This document shows positions 1 through 12,959 of a stretch of DNA of 64,000 nucleotides, one piece after another. A model generated the notes under the pieces. It had not been told where the DNA came from. It did not search any database and saw nothing but the letters and a program-made list of their open reading frames with translations. The stretch is taken from the NCBI RefSeq assembly GCF_004010195.1, contig NC_057752.1, positions 7,076,099 through 7,140,098 of the forward strand. Reading direction: 5' to 3'. The stretch comes from Chiloscyllium plagiosum. Taxonomy: Eukaryota. A program made the position numbers and the translations under genes. How positions within the stretch are numbered: position 1 is the stretch's first letter; every line of letters begins with the position of its first letter.

Positions 1-443
1 AGCTACAGGGAGAGGCTGAACAGGCTGGGGCTGTTTTCCCTGGAGTGTCGGAGGCTGAGGGGTGACCTTATAGAGGTTTACAAAATTATGAGAGGCATGG
101 ATAGGATAAATAGACAAAGTATTTTCCCTGGGGTTGGGGAGTCCAGAGCTAGAGGGCATAGGTTTAGGGTGAGAGGAGAAAGATATAAAAGAGACCTAAG
201 GGGCAACGTTTTCACACAGAGGGTGGTACATGTATGGAATGAGCTGCCTGAGGATGTGGTGGAATCTGGTACAATTGCAACGTTTAAGAGGTATTTGGAT
301 GGGTATATGAATAGGAAGGGTTTGGAGGTATATGGGCTGGGTGCTGGCAGGTGGGACTAGATTGGGTTGTGATATCTGGTAAGCATGGACAGGTTGGACC
401 GAAGGGTCTGTTTCCATGCTGTACATCTCTATGACTCTATGAC
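1..443 (+). mobile_element. CR1/L2-type LINE 3' end (RT C-terminus, 3' UTR, short tandem tail)
   Basis: Translation includes RRLRGDLIEVYKIMRG...VWNELPEDVV, typical of the CR1 ORF2 C-terminus; ends in ctctatgactctatgac tail. Confidence 0.85.
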
Positions 444-2565
444 TTGTACAATGAAAGGGGAGTGGCCAGTTCTCCCAGTTCAGGGTTTGGTTTGGTTTGG
501 CTTCAACAGTCTGGCTGTTTTTGTTTTCAGCTGCTGGTCATTCCAGGGCGCTGGACCCAAAGAAACAGCTCCATGTTGATCCTTTCTCTCTCTGCAATCT
601 CTCACCTGTAAGAACCTGTGTTTGATTTTACCTTTTGTTTTGCTAAGGGGGTGTTTATGGGGATGTTGCAAGTATTTGGACCAGCATCATTAAGTTGCGT
701 TGGAGTCGATTGGGTTTTCAAATAATTATGTTATTCTAAATTTGGTTTTCTTTTGTTCGTGTACAAATAAATTCTGTTTTGTTTAAAACTGAGTAGTTGG
801 GCTACCTACATCACTCCTGGAATGTCCACTCTGCACCTGCTTAAAACAACAAGAAAGGTTAGGGTCTGGGCTACCTTCTTGAAATATTTTGAGGGGCTCT
901 GTCCTGATCCATAACTATTCCCACATCTCGAAGAGTTGAATCATGAACTTGACTGTGTTCCAAGCAATGGTACAAATGGGGTGAGTGTGGAAATGGGTTG
1001 ACATGCATATTTTTGGAATTGTTTTATTTTCTGTTGTATTCTGCATTTTGGGACAAAAATCCTCCTTCTGAACAGGATTCTTAAAGACTCTGGATAATTC
1101 CAATACAAAAGAAAACAGTGCAAGCTAACATAATGGTATGCTCTACACTCCCAGGTCAGGACATGTTGTGAAGAGATAGAGTATGTGAAGAGGGAATTTA
1201 TCTTAATGAGTAATTTCAATTGACCAAATATAAATTGAAAAGCCTTGGTGGTCTGAGTCAAAGTGGACCACAAATAGTGGTTGATTATTTTGTGGTTCCA
1301 TGCTTTGTGGAACCCACAGGCTGTGCCCTGGAATCAATGTTTCATATGTCAAATTAGTGATAAACACAAATTCAGAAGAATGTGAACAATACAGTCAAAA
1401 CAGTAAATGCTCATCAGGGGACATGGTCATGATGTATATTGCTCAGGGGAGGCTACATTTTGAGTGTTATATTTAGTTCTGGCCTTGAAACATGAGGGAC
1501 ACATTCAGATCTTGCAGGCAGTGTAGAAAACAAAGTCATAAGATGGATCCCTGATGTTCAAGATTCGAATATTGAGTAAAAGCTGGAGCAAAAGTGATTT
1601 TCATCCTTAATAAGAGGCATCGGAAAGATGGTCTTAAAGAAGTATATTCTGATAGCAACGGGCATGGAATTAGTGGATTTGGAAAATCAAATTTTAAGAG
1701 TCAGAAAAGGTGTCTCAGAAGTAATAACATGGAAATTTTAGACTGAAATTGATAAGCACTTCTTCACAAAAAGTGTTCAATATGTGGAATGGACTCTAAT
1801 GGAGGCAAAAATCCTGGAATAATTTAAGATTCACTGAGTATTGCAGTTAAGGAACTTGTCTGTCATTCTGGTTGGTTGTCTGGAGGCTCTAAAATTGGCT
1901 GAATGGTTTTCTACATCCAAAATTATCCTGTGATCTTGTAAGGGTAAATGTCATAACACTTGAAACATCCTGCAATCCTGATAATCTCACCAGACTTTAG
2001 GACTGGGAAGGATTAGCACGAATTGGGATTGTTACGCTGGATCAGATTTTGACATATAATGTGCGTGCAGAATCCTAGTGGTCATAGTACTGGAAACAGC
2101 TAATCGTCCTGTCATGGCAAATTGTGAAATTGAATTTGGTAATTTATGGTCAGGCTTCAGAAAATCACCAGTCCCACACTATATTCACTTGACTCATCAC
2201 GCCCTCTGAGGAATAGGGATAGACCATAAATCCCACCTTGCCAGTGCCACCACATTCCAAGTAAAAAAGGAATTTTTATCTAATATTTAGATTGAGATAA
2301 ACTTGAATGTTTTATTTCTAAGTCGGAGATATTTACTGGTAAACATGTCATATTATCTTCCCACCATTTTTATGATCACTTTATTTCCCTGTTTTTCTAT
2401 TTGTGTTTTAATTCCCCATTGAAAATTTTGACTCCACATGCACAGTGAAGGTGCACTCAGAAAATTGCTGGTTTTTCCCCATAATTTGTTTCACTTTACT
2501 TCTTCCCACTGCTGTTCTCCATTGGAGCATGGAATTAGGCAGTGATTTTTTTGATGTCCTGAAGA

Positions 2566-3019
2566 TTTTTTTTATTTCAAAAATATACTTTATTCATAAA
2601 ATAATTTGATGGTCTGTACAGTTGGTCATGCCATACATACGTAAACATTTACATACAGAGATCAGAATTTATCATTTTTATATACAGGTCTGTACGTTTA
2701 TCAATCATATGTCCATATATTTAGCTGAGGCGTCAGCAGAGCCCAAATGACTGCGTGGACCCCCTGTTCTTCTTAGGCAGGCAATGTTACATGGTGGTCT
2801 TTCCCCACCGCGCCTTGGCAGCAGCTGCCCCAAGCATCAGTGCGTCCCTCAACACATAGTCCTGGACCTTGGAATGTGCCAGTCTGCAACACTCAGTCGA
2901 GGTCAACTCCTTCAGCTGGAAGATCAACAGGTTTCGGACCGCCCAGAGAGCGTCCTTCACCGAGTTGATGATCCTCCAGGCACAGTTGGTGTTCGTCTCG
3001 GTATGCGTCCTGAATGTCC
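2566..3019 (-). mobile_element. 5'-truncated Tx1/L1-like LINE 3' end with poly(A) tail and TSD
   Basis: Minus-strand peptide ...TNCAWRIINSVKDALWAVRNLLIFQ...HSKVQDYVLRD; T-run at ~2566-2573; direct repeat tttgatgtcctgaagatt at 2550-2567 and 3020-3037. Confidence 0.85.
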
Positions 3020-5134
3020 TTTGATGTCCTGAAGATTCAGTTGTGAACATACTGCTGAAGTGCAAGGCCAGGATGGTCTCAGGTATGACACTCATATGCT
3101 TGATCTCAGTAGTGGTGACAGAAGGACATTTTAGAAGTGGCCTTGCTAGGCTAGAGAGAAGAAATAACAATATACATGCCAAGCATCAGCTTTTCCAGGT
3201 CATAGGAGTTTGAACAGGACAGCTTGTCAGATTTTTCCACTAGCATCAGGGATTTTCAACCAGTTAGATCATTTGAACAACAGAACTTGTGGCTGACAAA
3301 ACCAATCAGATCAGCCAATTATTTTAAACACTGTTCAGATATCGATCAGATAAATATCCTATGAATATATAAAGCACTCATCATTATCATTAACTGACCT
3401 CAAGGCTTATCGTTTTCCAAGGTTTTCAAAAGAGAAAATATCTGAAATGTACAGCAGAGTTGGAAAAACTAATGTTTGGGTGTGACCTTTTATTGAACTC
3501 TTGAGGAAATTGTGTTTCAATTATCCTCCTAAAGTGTCTTAAAGTAAACCTGATCATTAACCAGTGACCTGCTGGAAAGTGCGCATGACAACTGATACGG
3601 ACAACACTGGTGACCATCATAAAGCAATAAACACTGGCAATAGCTAGTGACTCCCACATCCTGTCAATGAAGAAAAAAAAAAATCAGAGTTTGCTAACAT
3701 TCATTATCCAAACTCATATATGCAGAATGTCCATTTGACAAAGTACCAGCATCCAGGAAACCAATGCTTTGCATGATGCAAGAAAGGTCAGTTTTTATAT
3801 ATTTTTCCTTATATTCCTTATGGAAATTTGGGTGCTATACTTCATAAATGTTTGTGTGGGCTTGAAAGCAAAAAGTTAACAATTGGTTTGTGAATAGGTG
3901 TTTGCATTAATTAGGTGTAAATAAAGGATGGCACACAATCATTAGGAATATGAAACTAAACATTTAGACAAAGGTTAAGCAGTTAGAACAAAACAGAATG
4001 ATTACATTGATATTAGAACAGTTTAACATGATTGAGTCTGTCTGTAGGAAAAGGGTAATTCAAAATGACTCAGCTCTTTGCATTGTTATGATTGTATTCC
4101 TAAATGTTGAATGTAATTGTGTTACCAAAGGTACCAAGGAACAAGTTAGACTCCAAAATCCTCTTAATCTTTGATGGCAAAACTACCTTTTGTCTTGTCA
4201 AAAACCTGATCAAAATATTAAGTAACTTAACAAAACCTTCAAATTAGTTTGTGCATTCAGTAAAAGACAGGGGAATCTTGAATGAAGCTAAACTTCCAAA
4301 GGGTTGGAAAACATGTGCTAGTCTTCTGTATAAACCACAACTTCATTAATTAAAAGTGGCTGAACAGTCTTGCATTCTTTTCATGGGCTTTAATCTTCCT
4401 GATATGCTGCTCATTTTGTGTCAGCACAGTGAAATGATTAAAGCACAAGTTTGTCCGAGACACGGTCATAAACCTGTTTAGCCTTCTGCCTAACAAATTG
4501 CATTTACAAGTGGATGGGTTAATTCTACATTGGTAAATGGGGGGGGGAACAGCACTGGCATAAAAAACAAAACTACCCACATAATTTGGTTGGTACATAG
4601 ATGGCAAGTGAAAACTGAAAACGTTCTCTGGCTTACAATTGGAACACAAGAAAGGGATGGAGGTTGCAGGGATGGCATGGAGTGGCTCTCAGTGGATTCC
4701 CTCTTCTTGATGTTCAGTCCCTCAATGAATGCCTTTGAATGAAGCCTTCCTCCAGAGCCAGCAAACAGACACTCCACTGTTTGCTTATTGTCCTCCCTGC
4801 ATGGCAAGCCTATGTCCACTGCTCAGGTAATACCAGCTGTGGTGGGACGATGCCCTTATCTGGGTAATAATTGACCACTTAAGGGTCTCAACTGGAAGGA
4901 TAGAAGGAAGGCCACACACAAGCCTTCTGCCCCAAATTTAACCAGGATAGAGGCAGGAAGGTGGTGAGGTGCCCCACCACCACCAAAACCTACCACCAGG
5001 ATTCCATCTGTAGCTACCATTGTAATGTTAAGAAATGGAGTAACCAGACCGTTATTTTAGTGATGCTGATTGAATGATAAGTGTTAAGAGTTGGCCAAGA
5101 CATCAGAAGAGTTCTCTCAGTCTTCTTCAAATCA

Positions 5135-5350
5135 TAGAGAGTGGTTTGTGTTTGGAATGAACTTCCAGAGAAAGTGGTGGATGCAGATACAGTTACAACA
5201 TTTTAGACACATTTAGATAAGTATATGACTAAGAAATGTTTGGAGGGATACGGGCCAAATGCAGGCAGGTGGGACTAGTATAGTTTGGGAACATGGTCGG
5301 CATGGAATGGCTGAGCGAAGGGTCTGTTTCTGTGTTGTATGACTCTATAT
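5135..5350 (+). mobile_element. CR1-type LINE 3' fragment
   Basis: Similar to 220-440 (tggaatgaacttccagag...gggtctgtttc...tatgactctat). Confidence 0.75.
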
Positions 5351-6536
5351 CACTACTTTCTTTGTTTTCACCTCCTGACTTGGAGGCAGGAGTAACATCC
5401 AATGTATATGTTCTTTTAAGTATCTTCAGAGAGCAAGTATTAAGCAACTGCGCTATCCCATCTCTTGATCTTTAAGCAGAATAGATGCATTCACTGAAAT
5501 CAGTGAAAGAAGACTTTTGTTTAATTTCAATGAAATATTTCTTTTTTCTTTATTTCCCCTACCCAATCCAATTCATTCTCTTCTCTCCTGGAGGTCCGAT
5601 CTCATTTCTGGGTGTGGTTCCATAGACTGCACCAGCTGTTCACTCGCTCCTTCCAGTGTCATGCTTAATTTGCAAACTGATATCACAGGTATCAGTCAAG
5701 GAGAGGAATTGACAGAGAGATGGATCACCACAGACAAGCCCAATCAAGACATACCCCATATTCAGAAATAGATACTGTTCAGCAGAGGTCACTGAATAGT
5801 GCTTGGGTGCAAGAACTGAATGATTTTCCTTTCTAGTGTTCAGGGATGCTGAGACATTTTGCACACTTTTCTCTGTCCAAACAAGGTCAACACGGATGAG
5901 AGGTTAACCCTGGAATGTTCCTGGTTTACATTATTTGGCAAAAGCTCTTTTTGGATTGATGTGAAATCCCTTTTCTACTGATATTTTGGGCCATACACTG
6001 AAAGGGTCTACATTCCTAAGCCTCTGTCATTGTCACATGTTGAGGTCTATACCTCAGGGCCTTTAATGTCTTTCCCTTCAACTTTTCCTTCACTGGCTAT
6101 TGGGAAGTGTTTGTTTTTCAGTCTATTTTTCCCCAAAGAGAAAACTTAAATTGGGGAATCGGCAACACAAAAGCAGGTGTGAACCTGAGTCTCCTAATTT
6201 GCTACTAAGCATCAGTGCCTGTAAAGATGAACAAATCAGCATTTGCACATTGCAAGTACTTGGATCCTGCAAGGACTGAGTGTTCTTTGCAGCTTTCAAA
6301 ATAAATACACCTATCACACAGCATTGTGAAACATATTTCTGCCTGTACTTATCCCATGCATATGGTCACCTTGTGTGCGCTACCCTTCAGTGTACTGGCT
6401 ATGTAGTACTGATTTTGTGCACACTGACCTGTGTATTAATTTGAATAATTACAAAAAAAATCGGCACAGAACCAAACATAGTCTTGCTTTTTACAAGAAG
6501 GAATACATCAGACTATACCATCAGATGTCATGAACA

Positions 6537-6892
6537 ATAGGCAGCACGTGGCTCAGTGGTTAGTACTGCTGCCTCACAGCGTCAGAGACCCAAGTTCAAT
6601 TCCAGCCTCAGGTGACTGTCTGTGTGGAGTTTGCACATTCTCCCTGTGTCTGTGTAGGTTTCCTCTGGGTGCTCTGGTTTCCTCCCATAGTCAAAAGATG
6701 TGCAGATTAGGTGAATTGGCCATGCTAAATTGCCCATTGTGTTCAGGGATGTGTAGGTTAGGTGTATTAGTCGGGGGAAATGTAGAGTAATAGGGTAGGG
6801 GAATGGGTCTGGGTGGATTTTTCGGAGGGGAAGTGTGGACTTGTTCGGCCAAATGGCCTGTTCCCACACTGTAGGGATTCTGTGATTCTATG
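6537..6892 (+). mobile_element. tRNA-derived V-SINE (HE1-like)
   Basis: A-box-like tggctcagtggt, B-box-like gttcaattcc, V-domain gtggagtttgcacattctcc...ggtttcctccca, LINE-like tail. Confidence 0.85.
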
Positions 6893-7102
6893 AATGAAAC
6901 TGGGAGGACAAGGCCAAGCCTGCTAAAACTGCAAACTGCTGCTAACCATCGGTCATCCCCCAACCTGACACTGCTCCCTGCCTCCTGATCACTCCCTCAC
7001 AATTTCCACCCTCTTATTTGCTACCATCCTGATTATCATCTCTCTCAAATGCCCTTTTTCCCCTGATCTCCGGAAGAGGACAATGGGTTTAGTTTTATAT
7101 TG

Positions 7103-7268
7103 GGAGAAAGTGAGGACTGCAGATGCTGGAGATCAGAGTCGAGAATGTGTTGCTGGAAAAGCACAGCAGGTCAGGCAGCATCCAAGGAGCAGGAGAATTG
7201 ATGTTTCAGGCATAAGCCCTTCATCAGGAATGTTGCCTGACCTGCTGCGCTTTTCCAGCACCACACAC
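7103..7268 (-). mobile_element. Penelope-derived short element (pseudo-LTR fragment with inverted arms)
   Basis: gctggaaaagcacagcaggtcaggca / tgcctgacctgctgcgcttttccagc inverted pair; minus-strand ctgatga...gaaa hammerhead-like core. Confidence 0.7.
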
Positions 7269-7690
7269 TTGACAAAGAAAATGAGAGAAGCATGCAGACA
7301 GAGAATGTGAGACAGAATCAAAAAGAAAGAGAAAGAAAAGAGAACATTGACATGCAAAGAGAATAGAATTCAGACAAAAGAAGACACACAAAGAAAAACC
7401 TGCACAAGAACACAAAATTGCTATAACATCATATTATTGAGCACCAGGAATGTTAAAGGATGATTGAAGCTGTGTAGCATGTAAAATGATTGACTGTGTA
7501 CGATTTGATGAAATCGCATCTCTTAAAGGCAATCTTAAAATGACTGTGCCTGGAGACAAGTATTCAGTACCAGTACTATTTATCCATCAGCTTTCAAAAG
7601 GTTAAATTTGTTATAGTTTGCTTCACTGATGTCACAAGTAGGCTGGCTTTGCATTCATTTGATGGTTTTGCCTTCCTTAAAAGTAGCTTC

Positions 7691-7697
7691 TATATAA
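7691..7697 (+). promoter_or_regulatory. Candidate TATA box of PMEL
   Basis: tatataa 39 nt upstream of the first ATG (7730) and 57 nt upstream of the second (7748). Confidence 0.55.
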
Positions 7698-7747
7698 GAT
7701 TCAATCTCTTCGTCTCTGAAGTTTGTGAAATGAAGAAGGAAGAAAAA

Positions 7748-7811
7748 ATGCGGAACGATTTGCAGTTGCTCTTGATTTTTATCATTTGTGCTGCTCCTAT
7801 GGTTGCCAGCT
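7748..7811 (+). CDS. PMEL: PMEL exon 1 (signal peptide; in-frame upstream ATG at 7730)
   Basis: MRNDLQLLLIFIICAAPMVAS hydrophobic leader followed by a gtaagt donor at 7812; phase 1 matches exon 2. Confidence 0.8.
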
Positions 7812-8849
7812 GTAAGTTCAATGTGCTTAAATAGAATTAATACTTTTCACATTTAACAGTGTGACTTGTTATAGCTTCTGTGGTAGAGGATATTCCTATC
7901 TGCATTGCTAATTGTATGACATTGGGGAATTCTGAAACTCCTGTTTTCCTCCGAGGCAATAGGACACTTCCACATTGCTGAATGAAATCTGTTTTCAGGT
8001 TTAATAAATAATTACAATGCAAGTTCTTTTCAATACAATGTTTATTCAGGAAAATAAGTATTATATGTATAAAAATTGTATTTTTTCCAAACCAAAATTG
8101 GAATATACTCATGTTTTTACATATCTTAGGTGGTTTAAGAATGCTTTTAGGATTTAAATGATTACTGATATTATTACAACTTTTTTTTCAGCTCGGGATG
8201 TTCCTCCCTCCTGTTATATAATTGTCACTAGACTTGCAACATGTTTTGGCAGGTATCAGCATTTTTAACAGCCTGGAGGTGTTGGTACTGTACTTTATTT
8301 AAACTGTTAGTTTCACAGCTCGAACTGCTACTGTCAGTTGAATTGTTGCAGTGTAAATTAGCTACAAATCAGATGACACTTAATTTCCAAATATAAGTTT
8401 CTGGGATTTTAGACTTGTGGTCCCAAGGTTTAGAATTCATTTGGTAAGTCTTTTCCGCAACCACTAACTAAGGATGACATTCACCCTCTAATGCCCCAGG
8501 CTGATACAAAATCCTATTTCTTATGAGCCATCACAATTTAGTAGAAATTTGTTTGCCAGTATTTTAAACTCCCAAGAAATAAAGATGGCAGGGCTAAAGA
8601 AACTTAATGATGTTCAAACCCAAACTGTCAGTTTGTGACAAAGAAAGATGGATTTATATTTTGCCTTTCATCCCTCCATGGTCTCACCTCCCCCAACACT
8701 CTAACCTTCTCCAACCCTCCCATAACTTTGTGTTTCCCCAACTCCAGTCTCTTGTGCTTCCCCCACATCCCTGTGCCAATAATTAACATCTGTACTGTTA
8801 ACTATCCAGGCCCTCAACTCTGGTAATCTCCCCATATTTAAAAAGTTGC

Positions 8850-9690
8850 CAAATTTGCAGATAACACAAAAATAGGTGGGACGGCAAGGGTGAGGATGAC
8901 ATAAAGAGTCCACACCGGGATGTAGATAGGTTAAGTAAGTGGGCAAAATCTTGGCAGATGGAATATAACGTGGGAAAATATGAGGTTATAATGGAGTTGA
9001 ATAATATTTAAATGGAGAAAGACTGCAGAGAGCTACAGAACAAAGGAATTTATGCATCCTTGTCCATGAATCACAAACAGCTAGCAGTGGGTACGAGAGA
9101 AGGCAAATGGAATGTTCACCTTTATTTCATTGGGAATGGAGAATAAAAATAGGGAGGTTTTGCTAAAACCAGGCAAGGCACTCGTCAGACCACAGCTGGA
9201 ATACTGTGAACAGTTTTGGGCACCTTATCTAAGGAAAGATGTATTCACATTGGAGGCAGTCCAGAGAAGGTTCACCAGGCTGATACCAGCTATGGAGGGA
9301 ACGTTTTACAAGGAAGAATGAGAGGTGACCTTATTGAAACATATAAAATTCTTAGTGGACTTCACAGGATAGATACAGAATATTTCCCCTTGTGGGAGAG
9401 TCTAGGACCAGAGGGCATTATCTCAGAATAAGGCGTCACACATTTAAGACCAAGATGAGGAGGAATTTCTTCTCTCAGAGGGTTGTGAATCTGTGGAATT
9501 CTTGAACAACCAAGGGCTGGTAAATATATTTAAAGCTGAAATGGACAGAATTTTAATCAGTAAGGTAATGAAGGGTTATAGGAAAAAGCAGGAAAGTGGA
9601 GCTGAGGATTATCAGATCAGACATGATCTCATTGAATAGTGAAGCAGACTCAATGGGCTGAATGGCCCGCTTCTACCTCTATGTCTTATG
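8850..9690 (+). mobile_element. Decayed CR1/L2-type LINE 3' part
   Basis: KFAD.., LVRPQLEYCEQFWAPYLRKD, VQRRFTRLIP, RGDLIETYKIL motifs with frameshifts. Confidence 0.85.
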
Positions 9691-10167
9691 CCTCAGGACA
9701 TCACAAAACACTTCACAGGTGACTAAGTAGTTTTAAAGTTGTATTACAGGAAATATCAAGGGATCACAGTAAACCTAACATTTAACACATCAGATGTTTG
9801 TGCTTCTGTGTCAGTTAAACTAATGAAAGTTCCTGATTTTCCTTTGCTCCAGTACAGTTTGCTTTTTAGTTGCAGTAGAAAACATGGTTAAATTCAATTA
9901 GATGTAGCAAGCCTATTATTTTGCCAAAAAGGACTAGCTGACTAAGTTAGCCCTTCACATCGGGACCACGGAGGCAACCACCATGATGAAGACTTCTTAG
10001 AAAAAAGTCTCAGTCGTAAAGCATCTAATGGCTTGATGTGGGGTAAAAAAGAACAAGCAAGTAATTAAAAAGCCTCTTGCTACATACTTGCTTTCTTATG
10101 TTTAATCACAGGATTTCTTTGTCTTGTTCTGTAGATTAATGCAATCTTGTTACTGTGTCGCCAGTTT

Positions 10168-10366
10168 TACCAGACCATAGGGGCTGCTCTCATTAGAGAG
10201 AAGCAACTGGTGGTGATTTAACCTGAGGGCCACCAGACCTCAGAAAGGGAAGAGGTTGAGAGGGAAAGTCCTTCATGGTAACCTCAAACCGGCGATGGGA
10301 ATTGAACCCATTCTGTTGGCATCACACTGCTCTGTAAACCAACAATCCAGCCAACTGAGTTAAACC
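10168..10366 (-). mobile_element. tRNA-derived SINE (second family; related copy at ~59610-59795)
   Basis: gggaattgaaccc (reverse B box) and agccaactgag (reverse A box); two diverged copies in the window. Confidence 0.6.
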
Positions 10367-12587
10367 AATTCCCCAATCCCAATACAGTGTACAAAAGAAG
10401 GGTAAGGTGCAGGTTTTGTTTCTCCTGGCTTTGGTGTTAACACAATGTTATTTCCTCTATTTACTATTTGTAGTGAAGTCCTAAACACCAGTCCCAAAAA
10501 CCTGTTCAGCATTACACAAAATATCATCAGAGAATCTTTCTGATGTCAATGACTTGCTGTGGTGTGGTTGGTGTTAAGGTAACTTCTGTATCCATGGGGA
10601 GTGTGAAAGTCACTCTTAACTTTATTTAGTCCAATATCTAGTTGTTTACACTGTGGAATTACTAAAGGTTGTGTGTGTAGTGAGAGAAAGAGAGTGTGTG
10701 AGTCATTTTCTTGTCCTCTCTCTTGTTTCCTTTTTCTTTTTTCCCTCTCCCCCTGTTTTTAGCCTCCTACCATTCTGCTTGGCCCCTATTTTTCCTTGAT
10801 TTTTCTCTTCTTTTTACACCTTCCTTTCCCTCCCTCCATTCCCCCGACTTCTCTCATCTTTTTATCTCCCTTCTTCCTCTCAGTCTCCCCATGCTTTTTT
10901 CATCATCACCCCCACCCTTTACCCCTTGCTCACCCTTTTGCATTATTCTTTCCCCTCTCTTCCTCCCTTTATCCTTCCAAAGTCTTTGATGATTAATCTG
11001 TTTTCAGATCTTCCTCTTCGTGATTTTCTTCCATCTCCTGAAGGTATAGTGATCTTGCTGGCTTTGCTTCAATACCTGTCTGCAATCAACTCAAATGTCA
11101 ATTGTTAAATGTGAAAGTATTTGGCAGGGATTTTGGGGAAGGAGGGGAGAGGATGGTAAGTGAGATAAGTCAGAGTTAACCCCAATCTGCCAATGTGCAC
11201 AAACATTGCTAGATGAGGGAAGAAGACCTCCAGTAAGTGCAAAATACAGCAGATGCTGGAAATATGAAATACAAAAACAATATGTTGAAGGAACTCAACA
11301 GATCTAGCAGCATCTGTGGAGAGAGAAAAACAGAGTTAACATTTCGAGTCTGGTATGGACTCTCTGTAGTGTGGACTTGAGATGTTAACTCTGTTTCTTT
11401 CTTCTCAGATACTGCCAGAGAATACCTCCAGGGTCACTGAGGCTTGTAGTGTGCCTATTGCCATCCTGGTTGAAATCAGATTACTCAACAGCGATCTAAT
11501 CTGAGACCTTGTTTGTATGAATCTCAGTGCCACACTTGGCTGTGAATTTTATGTAATTTGGAAGACCCCACATTCATTCAACTTATTTCCAGAAATACTG
11601 ACCTTTAAAGAGTTAAAGAATCAAAGAGTTTGGATTTAATTAATTAATCATACTAAATATTCTGCAAGTTTGCAATGCTGTTAATATTTTAAAAAAAAGG
11701 AAACTCATTGCAATGAAGTGGTGATAATTGGATACAGTGTCAGAAACTACCATTAGCACATTAGAAATGTGTACAAAGAATTGAGCCAACATCAGCACAT
11801 ATTAGTAAAGTGCAGAAAGTCTTCAGAATTTTCTCGAAAAATGTAATGGGTATGAAAGTCCATATTTAGTCAAGTGCCTCTAATATCCCTTCATTTGGAG
11901 GTACGGGGAAAGATATACCATTTTTAAGGGGACAGTAAATGATGTCAAATTCACATTCAGTTGATGCATGACCAGTTAAATCTTTCTCATTCCTTAGTGA
12001 AATAGCCCCATTGTCACTTATAAAACATTGAGTTCAAAATAGCTCAGGTGACCAAACTAATTCAGTTTTGTCAACAGGCCAGCGATGTTACCATTGCAGA
12101 TTTAGAGACTTCCAGCTGAAATGCCTTAAAACTATGTTAAAATGGCTTGGAGATTTAAAGTTATGACTCAGTAATAAACTGAACCGATTGCAAAGCAGCA
12201 ACATTCCCTAATACAATGTGCTGCCAAAGATTATTCTTCAATCGGCACCTCTAAGAATTAATTATCTGGTATTTTATTTTATTGTTATTTGAAGGAGCTT
12301 GCTGTGCACGAACACTCCTAAAGTTACAGTTGTGACTATACTTCAAAACTATCTCCTTTCCTGTGAAGCACTTTGCGTTCACAAACGATGCTGTATGTAT
12401 TCTTTTCCTTCTTCTTTCTTTCTCATCCCAAATGTTGGCTTACTGAGGACACCAATATGCACAATGTATCTATTGTCTGCTGGGATATAGAAGAATGTAT
12501 AGTGTCATCAGTCAGTCACCTATATTTCCACGAAGCCAGCTATCCTTCATTCCTCCTCCTTCAGAGTTCAGACACATTGAAATGAAA

Positions 12588-12710
12588 TGATAAAGTGCCC
12601 TGGCCCAAAACGTCGATTTTCCTGCTCCTTGGAAGCTGCCTGACCTGCTGTGCTTTTCCAGCAACACACTGTCAACTCTGATCTCCAGCATCTGCAGACC
12701 TCACTTTCTC
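12588..12710 (+). mobile_element. Penelope-derived short insert with 15-bp TSD
   Basis: cacattgaaatgaaa at 12573-12587 and 12711-12725; ends with gcagacctcactttctc like the other copies. Confidence 0.75.
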
Positions 12711-12959
12711 CACATTGAAATGAAAGCATTGGGAACCCTGGCTGGACTGTAGGATTTTGATGTGCATTATTTTCCAACTTTGGTTGCCAGCCGTTTACAC
12801 TTTGGTGGAATAGTAAAGAGACCATTCATGTTTAAGCACCTTTCACATCCTTAGAATGCCTTGAGCCAATGATTCACTTTTGAAGGGTTGTTACACAGGT
12901 AAATGAAGCAAATTATAGTCCACAAAAGGCATGATATGAATGAGTCTTTTTTGTCCTTA

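Noticed and set aside
6537..6615. tRNA genes at SINE heads
   Set aside because: A/B boxes continue into a V-domain and LINE tail; multiple diverged copies, no intact cloverleaf.
7600..7700. MITF M-box in the PMEL proximal promoter
   Set aside because: No canonical CATGTG/CACGTG seen in this interval; gtcacaag is only a partial match.
10711..10996. Phe/Leu/Pro/Ser-rich ORFs
   Set aside because: Polypyrimidine low-complexity tract in intron 1.
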